Positions 38,410 through 46,838 of a stretch of DNA of 64,000 nucleotides are shown here, in pieces. The first letter of the stretch is position 1; the number at the start of each line of letters is the position of its first letter. Both the position numbers and the translations under genes were made by a program. The DNA comes from a virus (lineage: Duplodnaviria; Caudoviricetes), in the IMG/VR virus record IMGVR_UViG_641201006_000001, positions 1 through 64,000 of that record; one strand, 5' to 3'. Under the pieces are notes generated by a model. That model was not told the origin of the DNA. It did no database searches and saw only the letters and a list, made by a program, of their open reading frames with translations.

Positions 38410-39090
38410 ATGGCTAACGAAGTACGAAGAGGAATGCAGACGGCAGAGGGTTCATTGGACTACGACCAGTTTACGGATGAGATTAATCGTCTTCTCCGTT
38501 TAGCTTGGGGAGATGATTGGGGTACTTTCACAGAGGACGAGCCTACAGGTACAGACGGAAACGATGTTCCTGTTCCGGTGATTACGTTCGACTTAGAAAG
38601 TAGGAAGAGAACGAAGTATGGCGTCAAGTCATTGGAGCCTGTTCACTTCGATACGATTCCTGACCCTGAGAATCCAGCGCACTCTATGAAACTATATCGT
38701 CAGTGGTTTGATGTTGAAATGGTCTTCCGAGTATTTCACAACACAAACCGTGCTGCTCGCCTCCTCATGGAAGAGTTTGAAGACTTCCTATTTACATATA
38801 AGAGTCATCTTAAACACATAGGAATCTCGGAGCTTATTTTCCAAGAGGAGAAGAAACCAACGGTTGAATCGAGATGGAGTCAAAAGCTTGCAGCTAGAAC
38901 ACTCCTATATCTCGTTCGCATAGAACGAATCACTACGGTTCGTTCAAACAATTTCGTTGAAATTGAGACTACGGTTAAGGATGCGAAAATCACAAACCCT
39001 CCTATGGATGGTGTACGTGAGACAATTGTTGGTTCCAAAATGGATCCGATGATTGCGCAGTACCGTAGTCAAATGAAGATCACAGAATAA
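38410..39090 (+). CDS. Putative tail completion/terminator protein
   Basis: Directly upstream of the sheath gene; PVITF...F.VF....A..LMEEFE pattern. Confidence 0.6.
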   Translation: MANEVRRGMQTAEGSLDYDQFTDEINRLLRLAWGDDWGTFTEDEPTGTDGNDVPVPVITFDLESRKRTKYGVKSLEPVHFDTIPDPENPAHSMKLYRQWFDVEMVFRVFHNTNRAARLLMEEFEDFLFTYKSHLKHIGISELIFQEEKKPTVESRWSQKLAARTLLYLVRIERITTVRSNNFVEIETTVKDAKITNPPMDGVRETIVGSKMDPMIAQYRSQMKITE

Positions 39091-39104
39091 GGGAGGATTT
39101 CAAC

Positions 39105-41258
39105 ATGGCTGGATTCGATCAATATCAAGCTATTCCGGGTCATAACGCCCGCTTCAAAGACGGGAACTTAAACTTAAAGTCCGACCCGAATCCAAGAGAA
39201 ACTGAATCAGTTGTACTCTTAGGTACGGCGACTGACGGCCCTGTAATGCAACCTGTTCGTGTAACACCTGAGACTGCTTACAACATCTTCGGTAAAGTTG
39301 CACACGAGAACGGTGTATACAATGGTGCTACATTGCTTCCTAAATTCGAAGAACTTTGGGCAGCAGGTAACCGTGACATTCGCTTAATGCGTACGACTGG
39401 TGTGAACGCTGTTTCTAGTTTACTAGGTACTTCTTACAGCAAGAATAGTAAAGAAGTTGCAGAGGACAAGCTAGGTGGCGCTCAAGCTCGTGGTAACGTA
39501 GCAGCAACATTTACTTTACCTAACGGTGGTATCGTTGAAGCAACGTTCCTATTAAAAGCACGAGGCGTAATCATTCCTCCAAACAACTACACGCTTGATG
39601 TAGGTACTGAGGAAGATATGAAAGCTGGTACACAACCAACATTCGCACAAGTGCTATTAAATGAAAACGTAGCAGACATGGAATCTGAGATTACAGTAAG
39701 CTATGAGTTCACTTATAAAGATGCACAAGGCGAAACAAAAACATCTGAGGTGTTAGACAATAACACTGATAAAGATGGTAAACCGATGATTGCGAAAGGC
39801 GCTGACGTAACAATCAAACTTGAGCATGTTGCTTTAGCTGGCTTGAAGCTATACGCTGATGGCATTGAAGTAGTAGATGCAAAAGCATTCACTGTTGCTG
39901 GTGACCAATTAACAATCCACTCAAACAGCAAGATGAAGTTAGGTGCGTCACTAGAAGCACAGTACGCTTACAATCTTGTGGAAGTGATCCAACCGGTTAT
40001 CGAGCTAGAATCTATCTTCGGTGGTGGCGTGTACAACGACATCATGCGCAAAGTAGAATCTAAAGACGGTGCGGTTACGGTTACAATCACAAAACCTGAA
40101 AGCAAACGTGGCATGATTAGTGAAGACCCACTTGTATTCAAATCAGGAGATTACACGAACTTCAAGATGTTAGTTGACGCAATCAACAACCATCCGTTTA
40201 ACAACGTAGTTCGTGCAAGAACAAAGCCTGAGTTTGAAGCAACGTTCACTAGCACGCTTCAAGCTGCTGCTGATGCAAAATTCTCTGGCGGTAAAGACGA
40301 GCTTTCTCTTGATAAAGAGGAAATGTACAAACGTCTTGGCGGAGAGAAAAACGAAGAAGGCTTCGTAACGAAACAAGGTGCTTACCAGTACCTAGAGAAC
40401 TACGAAGTGGACTACGTAATTCCTTTAGGTGTTCACGCTGATACAAAGTTAATCGGTAAATACGATGACTTCGCTTACCAATTAGCATTAGCGTGTGCTG
40501 TAATGTCTCATTATAACAGTGTCACAATTGGAATCATTCCAACGACAACACCATCTGACATCTCACTTGCTGGGGTTGAAGAACACGTTAAGAAGTTAGA
40601 GAACTATGCGAACGAGTTCTACATGCGTGACCGTTTCGGTAACATCATCTTTGATGCTGACCGTAACAAGATTGACTTAGGTCAATTCATTGAAGTTGTG
40701 GCTGGCCCTGACTTCATCGTTCGTAACACTCGTTTAGGACAGATGGCTTCAACGCCTGACGCTTCATACATCGGTATGGTGTCACAATTGAAAACACAAT
40801 CTGCTCCAACGAACAAACCATTACCATCTGTTACAGCATTACGTTATACGTACTCTGCTAACCAATTGAACCGCTTAACGAAAGCTCGTTTCGCAACGTT
40901 CAAGTACAAGCAAGATGGTTCTATCGGCGTAGTAGATGCACCGACATCTGCACATGCAGGTAGTGACTACACTCGCTTATCTACTGCTCGTATCGTAAAA
41001 GAAGCAGTAAACGCTGTGCGTGAAGTGGCTGATCCATTCATCGGGGAACCGAATGATACTGGTAACCGTAACGCATTAACGGCTGCTGTTGACAAACGAT
41101 TAAGCAAGATGATCGAGAACAAAGCTTTACTGGGCTTTGACTTCCGACTTGTTGTGACTCCTCAACAAGAGTTACTTGGCGAAGGTTCAATCGAACTTAG
41201 CTTAGAGGCTCCAAACGAGTTACGTCGCTTAACAACAATCGTTAGCTTGAGCGCATAA
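39105..41258 (+). CDS. Major tail sheath protein
   Basis: IPG N-terminus, FSGGKD, RLSTARIVKEAVNAVR...FIGEPND C-terminal sheath signature. Confidence 0.92.
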   Translation: MAGFDQYQAIPGHNARFKDGNLNLKSDPNPRETESVVLLGTATDGPVMQPVRVTPETAYNIFGKVAHENGVYNGATLLPKFEELWAAGNRDIRLMRTTGVNAVSSLLGTSYSKNSKEVAEDKLGGAQARGNVAATFTLPNGGIVEATFLLKARGVIIPPNNYTLDVGTEEDMKAGTQPTFAQVLLNENVADMESEITVSYEFTYKDAQGETKTSEVLDNNTDKDGKPMIAKGADVTIKLEHVALAGLKLYADGIEVVDAKAFTVAGDQLTIHSNSKMKLGASLEAQYAYNLVEVIQPVIELESIFGGGVYNDIMRKVESKDGAVTVTITKPESKRGMISEDPLVFKSGDYTNFKMLVDAINNHPFNNVVRARTKPEFEATFTSTLQAAADAKFSGGKDELSLDKEEMYKRLGGEKNEEGFVTKQGAYQYLENYEVDYVIPLGVHADTKLIGKYDDFAYQLALACAVMSHYNSVTIGIIPTTTPSDISLAGVEEHVKKLENYANEFYMRDRFGNIIFDADRNKIDLGQFIEVVAGPDFIVRNTRLGQMASTPDASYIGMVSQLKTQSAPTNKPLPSVTALRYTYSANQLNRLTKARFATFKYKQDGSIGVVDAPTSAHAGSDYTRLSTARIVKEAVNAVREVADPFIGEPNDTGNRNALTAAVDKRLSKMIENKALLGFDFRLVVTPQQELLGEGSIELSLEAPNELRRLTTIVSLSA

Positions 41259-41260
41259 TA

Positions 41261-41282
41261 CATGGGGGTTAACGCCCCCGTG
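41261..41282 (+). terminator. Intergenic hairpin between sheath and tube genes
   Basis: CATGGGGGT-TAAC-GCCCCCGTG; weak U tail. Confidence 0.45.
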
Positions 41283-41317
41283 TTATACAAATACCTCATT
41301 TAAGGGAGGCTACATAG

Positions 41318-42100
41318 ATGGCTGGTAAGGATTACGCAAAAACACTAACAAGTTTCTCCGGTTCTGACTTAGTAGTAAACTTCGGGCCGAAAACAATTGG
41401 TGAATTACAGCAAATCTCATGGGGTATCAAACGTGAGAAAGCGCCAGTATTCACATTAGGTTCTCCTGATGCACGTTCATTCTCTCGTGGTAAACGTGGT
41501 ATCGGTGGGTCATTAGTAATGGCTCAATTCAACCGTGACGCTCTTATGGAAGAGTTAGTAGACGATGCAAACGTATGGAAGCAAATTGCTCCGGTTGCAA
41601 TGTTTACAGCGGCGGGTAACTTATCTCAACGTAGTAATGAAATGTTCGAGAACGCATTACATGCTGCTGGTTGGGGTGACTACGCTGACTATACTCGTTC
41701 TAATCCTACTCCGGATATTCCGGGTGTTACTGTAGGTGCAGCGCAGTACGGTTACACAGGCGGTACACAAATTACAGCAGGAACAACAATCGGTAACGAT
41801 GGTGCGACTACTGTACGTGTTCCACCGGGCTTCGCTCAAATCCGCGCGAAGAACATTATCTATGCTGATATGATTCCAGCATTCGACGTAACGTTAACGT
41901 TTGCGAACGAATACGGTCAAGCAGCATTCCAAAAAATCTATGACATTGATATTCTAGATGAGCAGTCTGGTGTATCTGTAGACTCTATCATCATGGAACG
42001 TTCTATGAGCTATGTTGCTCGTCGTATCTCTCCATTAATGACAGGTGTTTATGACCGTGCTACAGGCGGTAGTGTTACAGGACGAGGCGTTTACGCCTAA
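41318..42100 (+). CDS. Major tail tube protein
   Basis: Immediately after sheath; SFSGSD..LQQISW..REKAPVFTLG..GKRGIGGSL. Confidence 0.8.
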   Translation: MAGKDYAKTLTSFSGSDLVVNFGPKTIGELQQISWGIKREKAPVFTLGSPDARSFSRGKRGIGGSLVMAQFNRDALMEELVDDANVWKQIAPVAMFTAAGNLSQRSNEMFENALHAAGWGDYADYTRSNPTPDIPGVTVGAAQYGYTGGTQITAGTTIGNDGATTVRVPPGFAQIRAKNIIYADMIPAFDVTLTFANEYGQAAFQKIYDIDILDEQSGVSVDSIIMERSMSYVARRISPLMTGVYDRATGGSVTGRGVYA

Positions 42101-42108
42101 TTAACAAG

Positions 42109-42137
42109 TAGCCCGGCTGAGATGCCGGGTTATTTTT
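42109..42137 (+). terminator. Rho-independent terminator
   Basis: TAGCCCGGC-TGAGAT-GCCGGGTTA-TTTTT. Confidence 0.75.
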
Positions 42138-42151
42138 ATAGGAGGAATACT

Positions 42152-43660
42152 ATGTATGTTCGAGGTGGAGCAAAAGCTCCTGAGGTAAGTCGCTTTGAAA
42201 GTGCTGATAGATTCGGAGAAACATATTCCGGTGCAGACATGAACGTATATATGGCGTTCCCCGGCTACAAGCCATTATGGGTAGGAACCGTATCGACTGT
42301 TAGCTACACGGTATATCGTGAGAAGAAACAAGTACGTACATTAGGGAAGATCAATGCGAAGGGAATTGTAAAAGGCCCTCGTACAATTAGTGGTCGATTA
42401 ATCTTTACTGTTATATCGGAACACATCGTAGAAAGCATTCGCCAAGAGATTCCGTACCTTCGTAGCTATAAAGTATTACTAATGGATGAACTACCTCCAT
42501 TTGATTTATTGGTTAGCTTCGGTAATGAATACGGCGCAGGTGCAGGTCTAGTTGTCGAAGGTGTAACAACAGTTGATGAACAGAAAACAATGTCTATCGA
42601 AGATTTATTTACAGAGAACATCTTTACGTATCTAGCACGAGGACTACAGCCGATGCGAGACATCTTTGCAAGTAATGCGAAGAAACCATACAATCCGCTT
42701 GATTGGTATACATCAGACTTCCGTCACCCGCAGAGTGAAGTCATGGCGAAGTTCAAAGTAAATGACTTGATGGTAGCAAAAGAAAGCTTACTACTTGCTG
42801 ACCCGACTCCGTTCTTAGGTGGGCCGGACGAATGGGATTCAGAAGCCGCACCGACGATGGATATTACAAACGTCAATATTAATAACGGTGGTGGCAGTAA
42901 CGGGAACACGAGCTGGGGCGGTAAAGGTTCGAAAGTATTTGTACAGGTATACGATGGATCGAAATCAGCGCAACCTCCGATTGAAGGAGCTACCGTTGTA
43001 TGTGCAGGTCAGTCTTTAACGACAGATAAGAAAGGTGAGGTATCGTTCTTCACGCAGAGTGCTGAACTCGAAGTATCTGCAACAAAGGATGGATTCAAAC
43101 AAGGAGGCGGAAACCCAACGACGATTAAGACAGATAAAACGGATGTATCGAAATATGTTCGTCTGCCATTAATCCCTCGTGGCGGTGTCGCAAATCCGGG
43201 CGGAGGAGCTTGCGGTGGTAGTGATAAAACAATCATTGGTGAAGTTCGTCCGATTGGTGTATGGTTTAAAGAGGGAGCAACAACGCACTACATTGTTCCT
43301 CGTGATTCGAAGGGTAAGAAGTACCTGTATCCGAAACCATCTGTACAAGTATTAAACCGATGCGGTGAACCTGTTAAAGATGCGAAAGTAATGTGGCGCT
43401 ATGAGATTGCAAACTTCTCATCTGTTAAGAAGAATGATTGCTGGGGAGATACATGGCTACCATTCTCTTGTATCGGTCAGATCAAACAGTCGTCAGGTTT
43501 TATTACAAAAGGTGTGTCGGTAGATAAAGATGGTACATCAACAATGCCGGAGTTTAACTTTGGTAAATTCCCAACAGGTGCAGGAGTCAAGATTATCGGT
43601 GAGTCCGGTGACTATGGTATCCATGCAACATACTACTTTGAATTATCAGAGGGAGATTAA
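42152..43660 (+). CDS. Tail tube paralog with C-terminal Ig-like extension
   Basis: AGGAGG SD before ATG 42152; YSGAD..REKKQVRTLG..GPRTISGRL; PIEGATV...TTDKKG Ig-like motif. Confidence 0.8.
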   Translation: MYVRGGAKAPEVSRFESADRFGETYSGADMNVYMAFPGYKPLWVGTVSTVSYTVYREKKQVRTLGKINAKGIVKGPRTISGRLIFTVISEHIVESIRQEIPYLRSYKVLLMDELPPFDLLVSFGNEYGAGAGLVVEGVTTVDEQKTMSIEDLFTENIFTYLARGLQPMRDIFASNAKKPYNPLDWYTSDFRHPQSEVMAKFKVNDLMVAKESLLLADPTPFLGGPDEWDSEAAPTMDITNVNINNGGGSNGNTSWGGKGSKVFVQVYDGSKSAQPPIEGATVVCAGQSLTTDKKGEVSFFTQSAELEVSATKDGFKQGGGNPTTIKTDKTDVSKYVRLPLIPRGGVANPGGGACGGSDKTIIGEVRPIGVWFKEGATTHYIVPRDSKGKKYLYPKPSVQVLNRCGEPVKDAKVMWRYEIANFSSVKKNDCWGDTWLPFSCIGQIKQSSGFITKGVSVDKDGTSTMPEFNFGKFPTGAGVKIIGESGDYGIHATYYFELSEGD

Positions 43661-43672
43661 GGGGTGAAGTAA

Positions 43673-45349
43673 ATGCCGGATACAACGCCGAATCAGGTCA
43701 AGCTAGAAGACCTGCAATCCACGAAGCTACTTCGTGAATATAAGAAATCTGTATACGAACCGCAAGGTATCGACTTTAATAAACGACAAGTAGACTATCA
43801 GTTATTCCCGGAAGAATACTTCACAGGGACAGACGTATTCGTTTACTTCAATGACTTATGGCTAGATGAAATCGTAAGTCTTAGTTTTACACTATCTGAA
43901 AACGTAAAGGGTATCTTTGGATATGCGTCGAATACATGGGACTATGTAGGTCGTGGTAAACGACAAGTAGTTGGTCAGTTCCGAATCGCATTCAAAGAAG
44001 CTGGCTATATGTTCGCCGTACTTGACCATATTGGTAAGCAGGGCAACCATAAGAAGACAGCGATAAGCTGGATTGAGAATAAGGATGCGAAAGTAGAGAA
44101 TGGTATCGACGGCGTACCGGCTGGCTATGCTGATGTACTGGAACGCATTGAGGATGCACTTGGTCGTATCTATGGTGATCCGGGGGCGAAAGCACAGGAT
44201 AAGTCTTACCAAGAGAAGTATCGTCGTGACTTCGAATGGAACTTACCAATGCAGTTAGGCTCTCCGAATACAAACATGGGTGAACCACGTACAAGTACAA
44301 ATCAAACGGGTCAAGTATCACAATTACAACAGCGACTCATTGACCTCGGCTTTGGATTCCCTGAGGCGAAGTTCAACTGGGGTAAACATTATGCAGGTGA
44401 TAGCTGGACTGGTTCGAAAGGACAATGGGTATCGCCGGGTACAACACAAGCATCCATTGATTATATCAACAAACGTACAGGGCAACACCTCGGTACATCC
44501 AGTGGTGATTGGTATGTATGTCTTCGTTACTTCCCTGAGGGTGGTATGATTCATAAATCTATCGGTGCAAAAGATGCGATGAGTCAGTTCGAAGTACAAC
44601 TTCAAAAACGTTTAGACCGTTATCCGGGTGAACTGTCCGGCTTAAACATGGGTGGTATGTACGGACGATACGATGGACGTTACGGTTCGGGGCCATTAAA
44701 AGGTGTGCAGTTATTCCAAAAGTTAGCGGGCATCAATGATGGATCGCAAGGGTATTACATCACATCTCAAACGAAGCGTGCGCTAGAAGCTGGCTTAAAA
44801 GTAACAGGTGAATATGATGTAGCGACACGAGTAGCTGTATGGCTTTATCAAGCGAAGCAAATTGCAAGCGGTAATCCCTATAATATTCGTGAAGCTAATG
44901 GTATAGTAGATAAAGAGACTCTACTCGCAATGGGTGAAGATTCAGACCGTACAGTAGTTGTTCCCGGTGAGAACCGATACAAACCTACAGAGATGGCTGA
45001 ACATTTATATGCAACCTATGAGCGTGAAGTATGGGGACGACCATTTGTGGAGCGTGCAGAGAACGTACGAAGAGAGGACAGCTTCTTCTACCGTAGCCGA
45101 CGTAATGAGAATGGTGACCGTCACCTTGAGTCCTTATCGCAAAACGGGTTTGATATTTATATCAACTATGGCCCGTTGCCGCAGTACATACAAAACAAAC
45201 TCAATAAGTTACCTGATGGCGGAAGTTTTAACACAACCGTCAAAGCGATTCGTAACGTACAGCTTACTGATGTTCAGCAAGTGATAGATGCGAATACAGG
45301 GCAACCGATTGAGGAGATTTATAGTTTCGTAGCAAAAGATTTAGACTAG
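43673..45349 (+). CDS. Tail tube paralog with inserted peptidoglycan-binding domains
   Basis: YFTGTD..GKRQVVGQF tube motif; VSQLQQRLIDLGF, DGRYG..VQLFQKLAGI, TGEYD.ATRVAV..YQ...NGIVDKET are PG_binding_1-like. Confidence 0.78.
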   Translation: MPDTTPNQVKLEDLQSTKLLREYKKSVYEPQGIDFNKRQVDYQLFPEEYFTGTDVFVYFNDLWLDEIVSLSFTLSENVKGIFGYASNTWDYVGRGKRQVVGQFRIAFKEAGYMFAVLDHIGKQGNHKKTAISWIENKDAKVENGIDGVPAGYADVLERIEDALGRIYGDPGAKAQDKSYQEKYRRDFEWNLPMQLGSPNTNMGEPRTSTNQTGQVSQLQQRLIDLGFGFPEAKFNWGKHYAGDSWTGSKGQWVSPGTTQASIDYINKRTGQHLGTSSGDWYVCLRYFPEGGMIHKSIGAKDAMSQFEVQLQKRLDRYPGELSGLNMGGMYGRYDGRYGSGPLKGVQLFQKLAGINDGSQGYYITSQTKRALEAGLKVTGEYDVATRVAVWLYQAKQIASGNPYNIREANGIVDKETLLAMGEDSDRTVVVPGENRYKPTEMAEHLYATYEREVWGRPFVERAENVRREDSFFYRSRRNENGDRHLESLSQNGFDIYINYGPLPQYIQNKLNKLPDGGSFNTTVKAIRNVQLTDVQQVIDANTGQPIEEIYSFVAKDLD

Positions 45350-45383
45350 TCAATTGTGAGAGTGACAAAGAGGAGGATGTTAC

Positions 45384-46040
45384 ATGTTACCACCAAAAGA
45401 ACAAATGCAAGCGATGAAAGCAGATCAATCTAGATTCGAAGCGCCGAACCCAAATGCAAAGATGCCGGGCTTCGGGCCTCCTGATATTGGCGGTGAACCA
45501 AAAGGATACAATCCGCAGGAAGTACAAGATGCATGGGCAAACATGGATGATGAAGAAGGATTGGAACAACCAATTCCTGATGATGCAGATATGGGACAAG
45601 AAACAGGTGAAGTATTCTTCACAGAGCCTCCTGCATGGGAAGGTGTTGGCGAATATCCTGAACCAGTAAGTCTAAAACAAAAGGGCAACTCCTTCTTACA
45701 AGAAGAATTGATTTGTCCGGGCGGGCCACCAGTTCATCAAGTAAACTCATGGAAGAAACAGTTTAGTGAAGATGGTCATGGTGTATTCTTATCTACCCTA
45801 TACGATGAAGTATTCATTTGGCGTACATTATCTCGTACAGAGTACCGTGAAATTATGGCACTGCCTAATACTGACCCTCTTCAACGTGAAGAAGTTATCT
45901 GCGAGATTTGCGTACTATTCCCGTACGATTACAACTTCACTGAGATGGCGAACCGTAAAGCTGGTATCCCTGCTCAAATCGCAGAAGATATTATGAAAGA
46001 ATCAGGATTCGAAAAAGCTGCTCCTCCAATCAGACTGTAG
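45384..46040 (+). CDS. Putative tail assembly chaperone
   Basis: Position after tube genes; FIWRTLSRTEYREI..CVLFP..ESGF. Confidence 0.7.
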   Translation: MLPPKEQMQAMKADQSRFEAPNPNAKMPGFGPPDIGGEPKGYNPQEVQDAWANMDDEEGLEQPIPDDADMGQETGEVFFTEPPAWEGVGEYPEPVSLKQKGNSFLQEELICPGGPPVHQVNSWKKQFSEDGHGVFLSTLYDEVFIWRTLSRTEYREIMALPNTDPLQREEVICEICVLFPYDYNFTEMANRKAGIPAQIAEDIMKESGFEKAAPPIRL

Positions 46041-46049
46041 GTGATATAT

Positions 46050-46838
46050 ATGAATCCACAACAGATTGAAGCAATGATTCTTAGCTTCCGGAATGAGTAC
46101 AAGGAAGTATATCTCACTACAGTTGGTAACGAGGATTATATATGGAGAACATTAACACGAAAAGAACATCGTGAGATTGCGGAGTTTGCACCGGATGAAT
46201 ACAGTGCATTCGAACGTATCTGTCAGACATGCGTGCTATATCCGGTAATGGATTGGACAAGAACTCTTGCCTACTTACCGGAAGAACTTGCACCGCAGAT
46301 CATTGAGGAGTCAGGGTTTGGTAGCTTCCGTAAAGAGAAGCCCCTCCTTGACATCTTCCGAAAAGAATTAGAATCATTTGAGGCACAGGCGGAAATCATC
46401 GTCAATCGTGCCTTTCCTTATATCACATTCGAGATGATGGAGAACTGGACAAAAGAGAAGCTACTCAAGTATGTAGCGAAAGCAGAATGGCAACTCATCA
46501 ACATCGAAGGATATAAACATATGGCGCTTGTAACCGATGAGGAGATTCGTCAAATGAAGGAAGAAGAAGGAGAAGAGGTTGAGGAAACAGAAGAGGAAGA
46601 GGAGTTCGACATTATGGTCATTGCCAACGAGATGCGTAAAGCAGGGCAAGACCCAATGTTCGCATTACGCTCCCTGTACCAAAAACCAAAGACTCCTTAT
46701 GTAGAACGACCTATGATTGGTGGATTCCATCAAGTAGATACAATGATTGCAGGGACAACGGCTTGGAGAGGACGTGGCATGAACTATGGCAGATACGACG
46801 CAATACAGGAACAAGTACAGAGGGTATCTCGAAGATGA
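46050..46838 (+). CDS. Putative tail assembly chaperone paralog
   Basis: YIWRTLTRKEHREI..CVLYP..EESGF, paralogous to the upstream gene; AGGTGA SD before ATG 46050. Confidence 0.7.
   Translation: MNPQQIEAMILSFRNEYKEVYLTTVGNEDYIWRTLTRKEHREIAEFAPDEYSAFERICQTCVLYPVMDWTRTLAYLPEELAPQIIEESGFGSFRKEKPLLDIFRKELESFEAQAEIIVNRAFPYITFEMMENWTKEKLLKYVAKAEWQLINIEGYKHMALVTDEEIRQMKEEEGEEVEETEEEEEFDIMVIANEMRKAGQDPMFALRSLYQKPKTPYVERPMIGGFHQVDTMIAGTTAWRGRGMNYGRYDAIQEQVQRVSRR

Noticed and set aside
46005-46020. GAAAAAG as a -1 frameshift site in the tail chaperone
   Set aside because: Not in the X-XXY-YYZ register of the reading frame, and the downstream gene is in frame 0.
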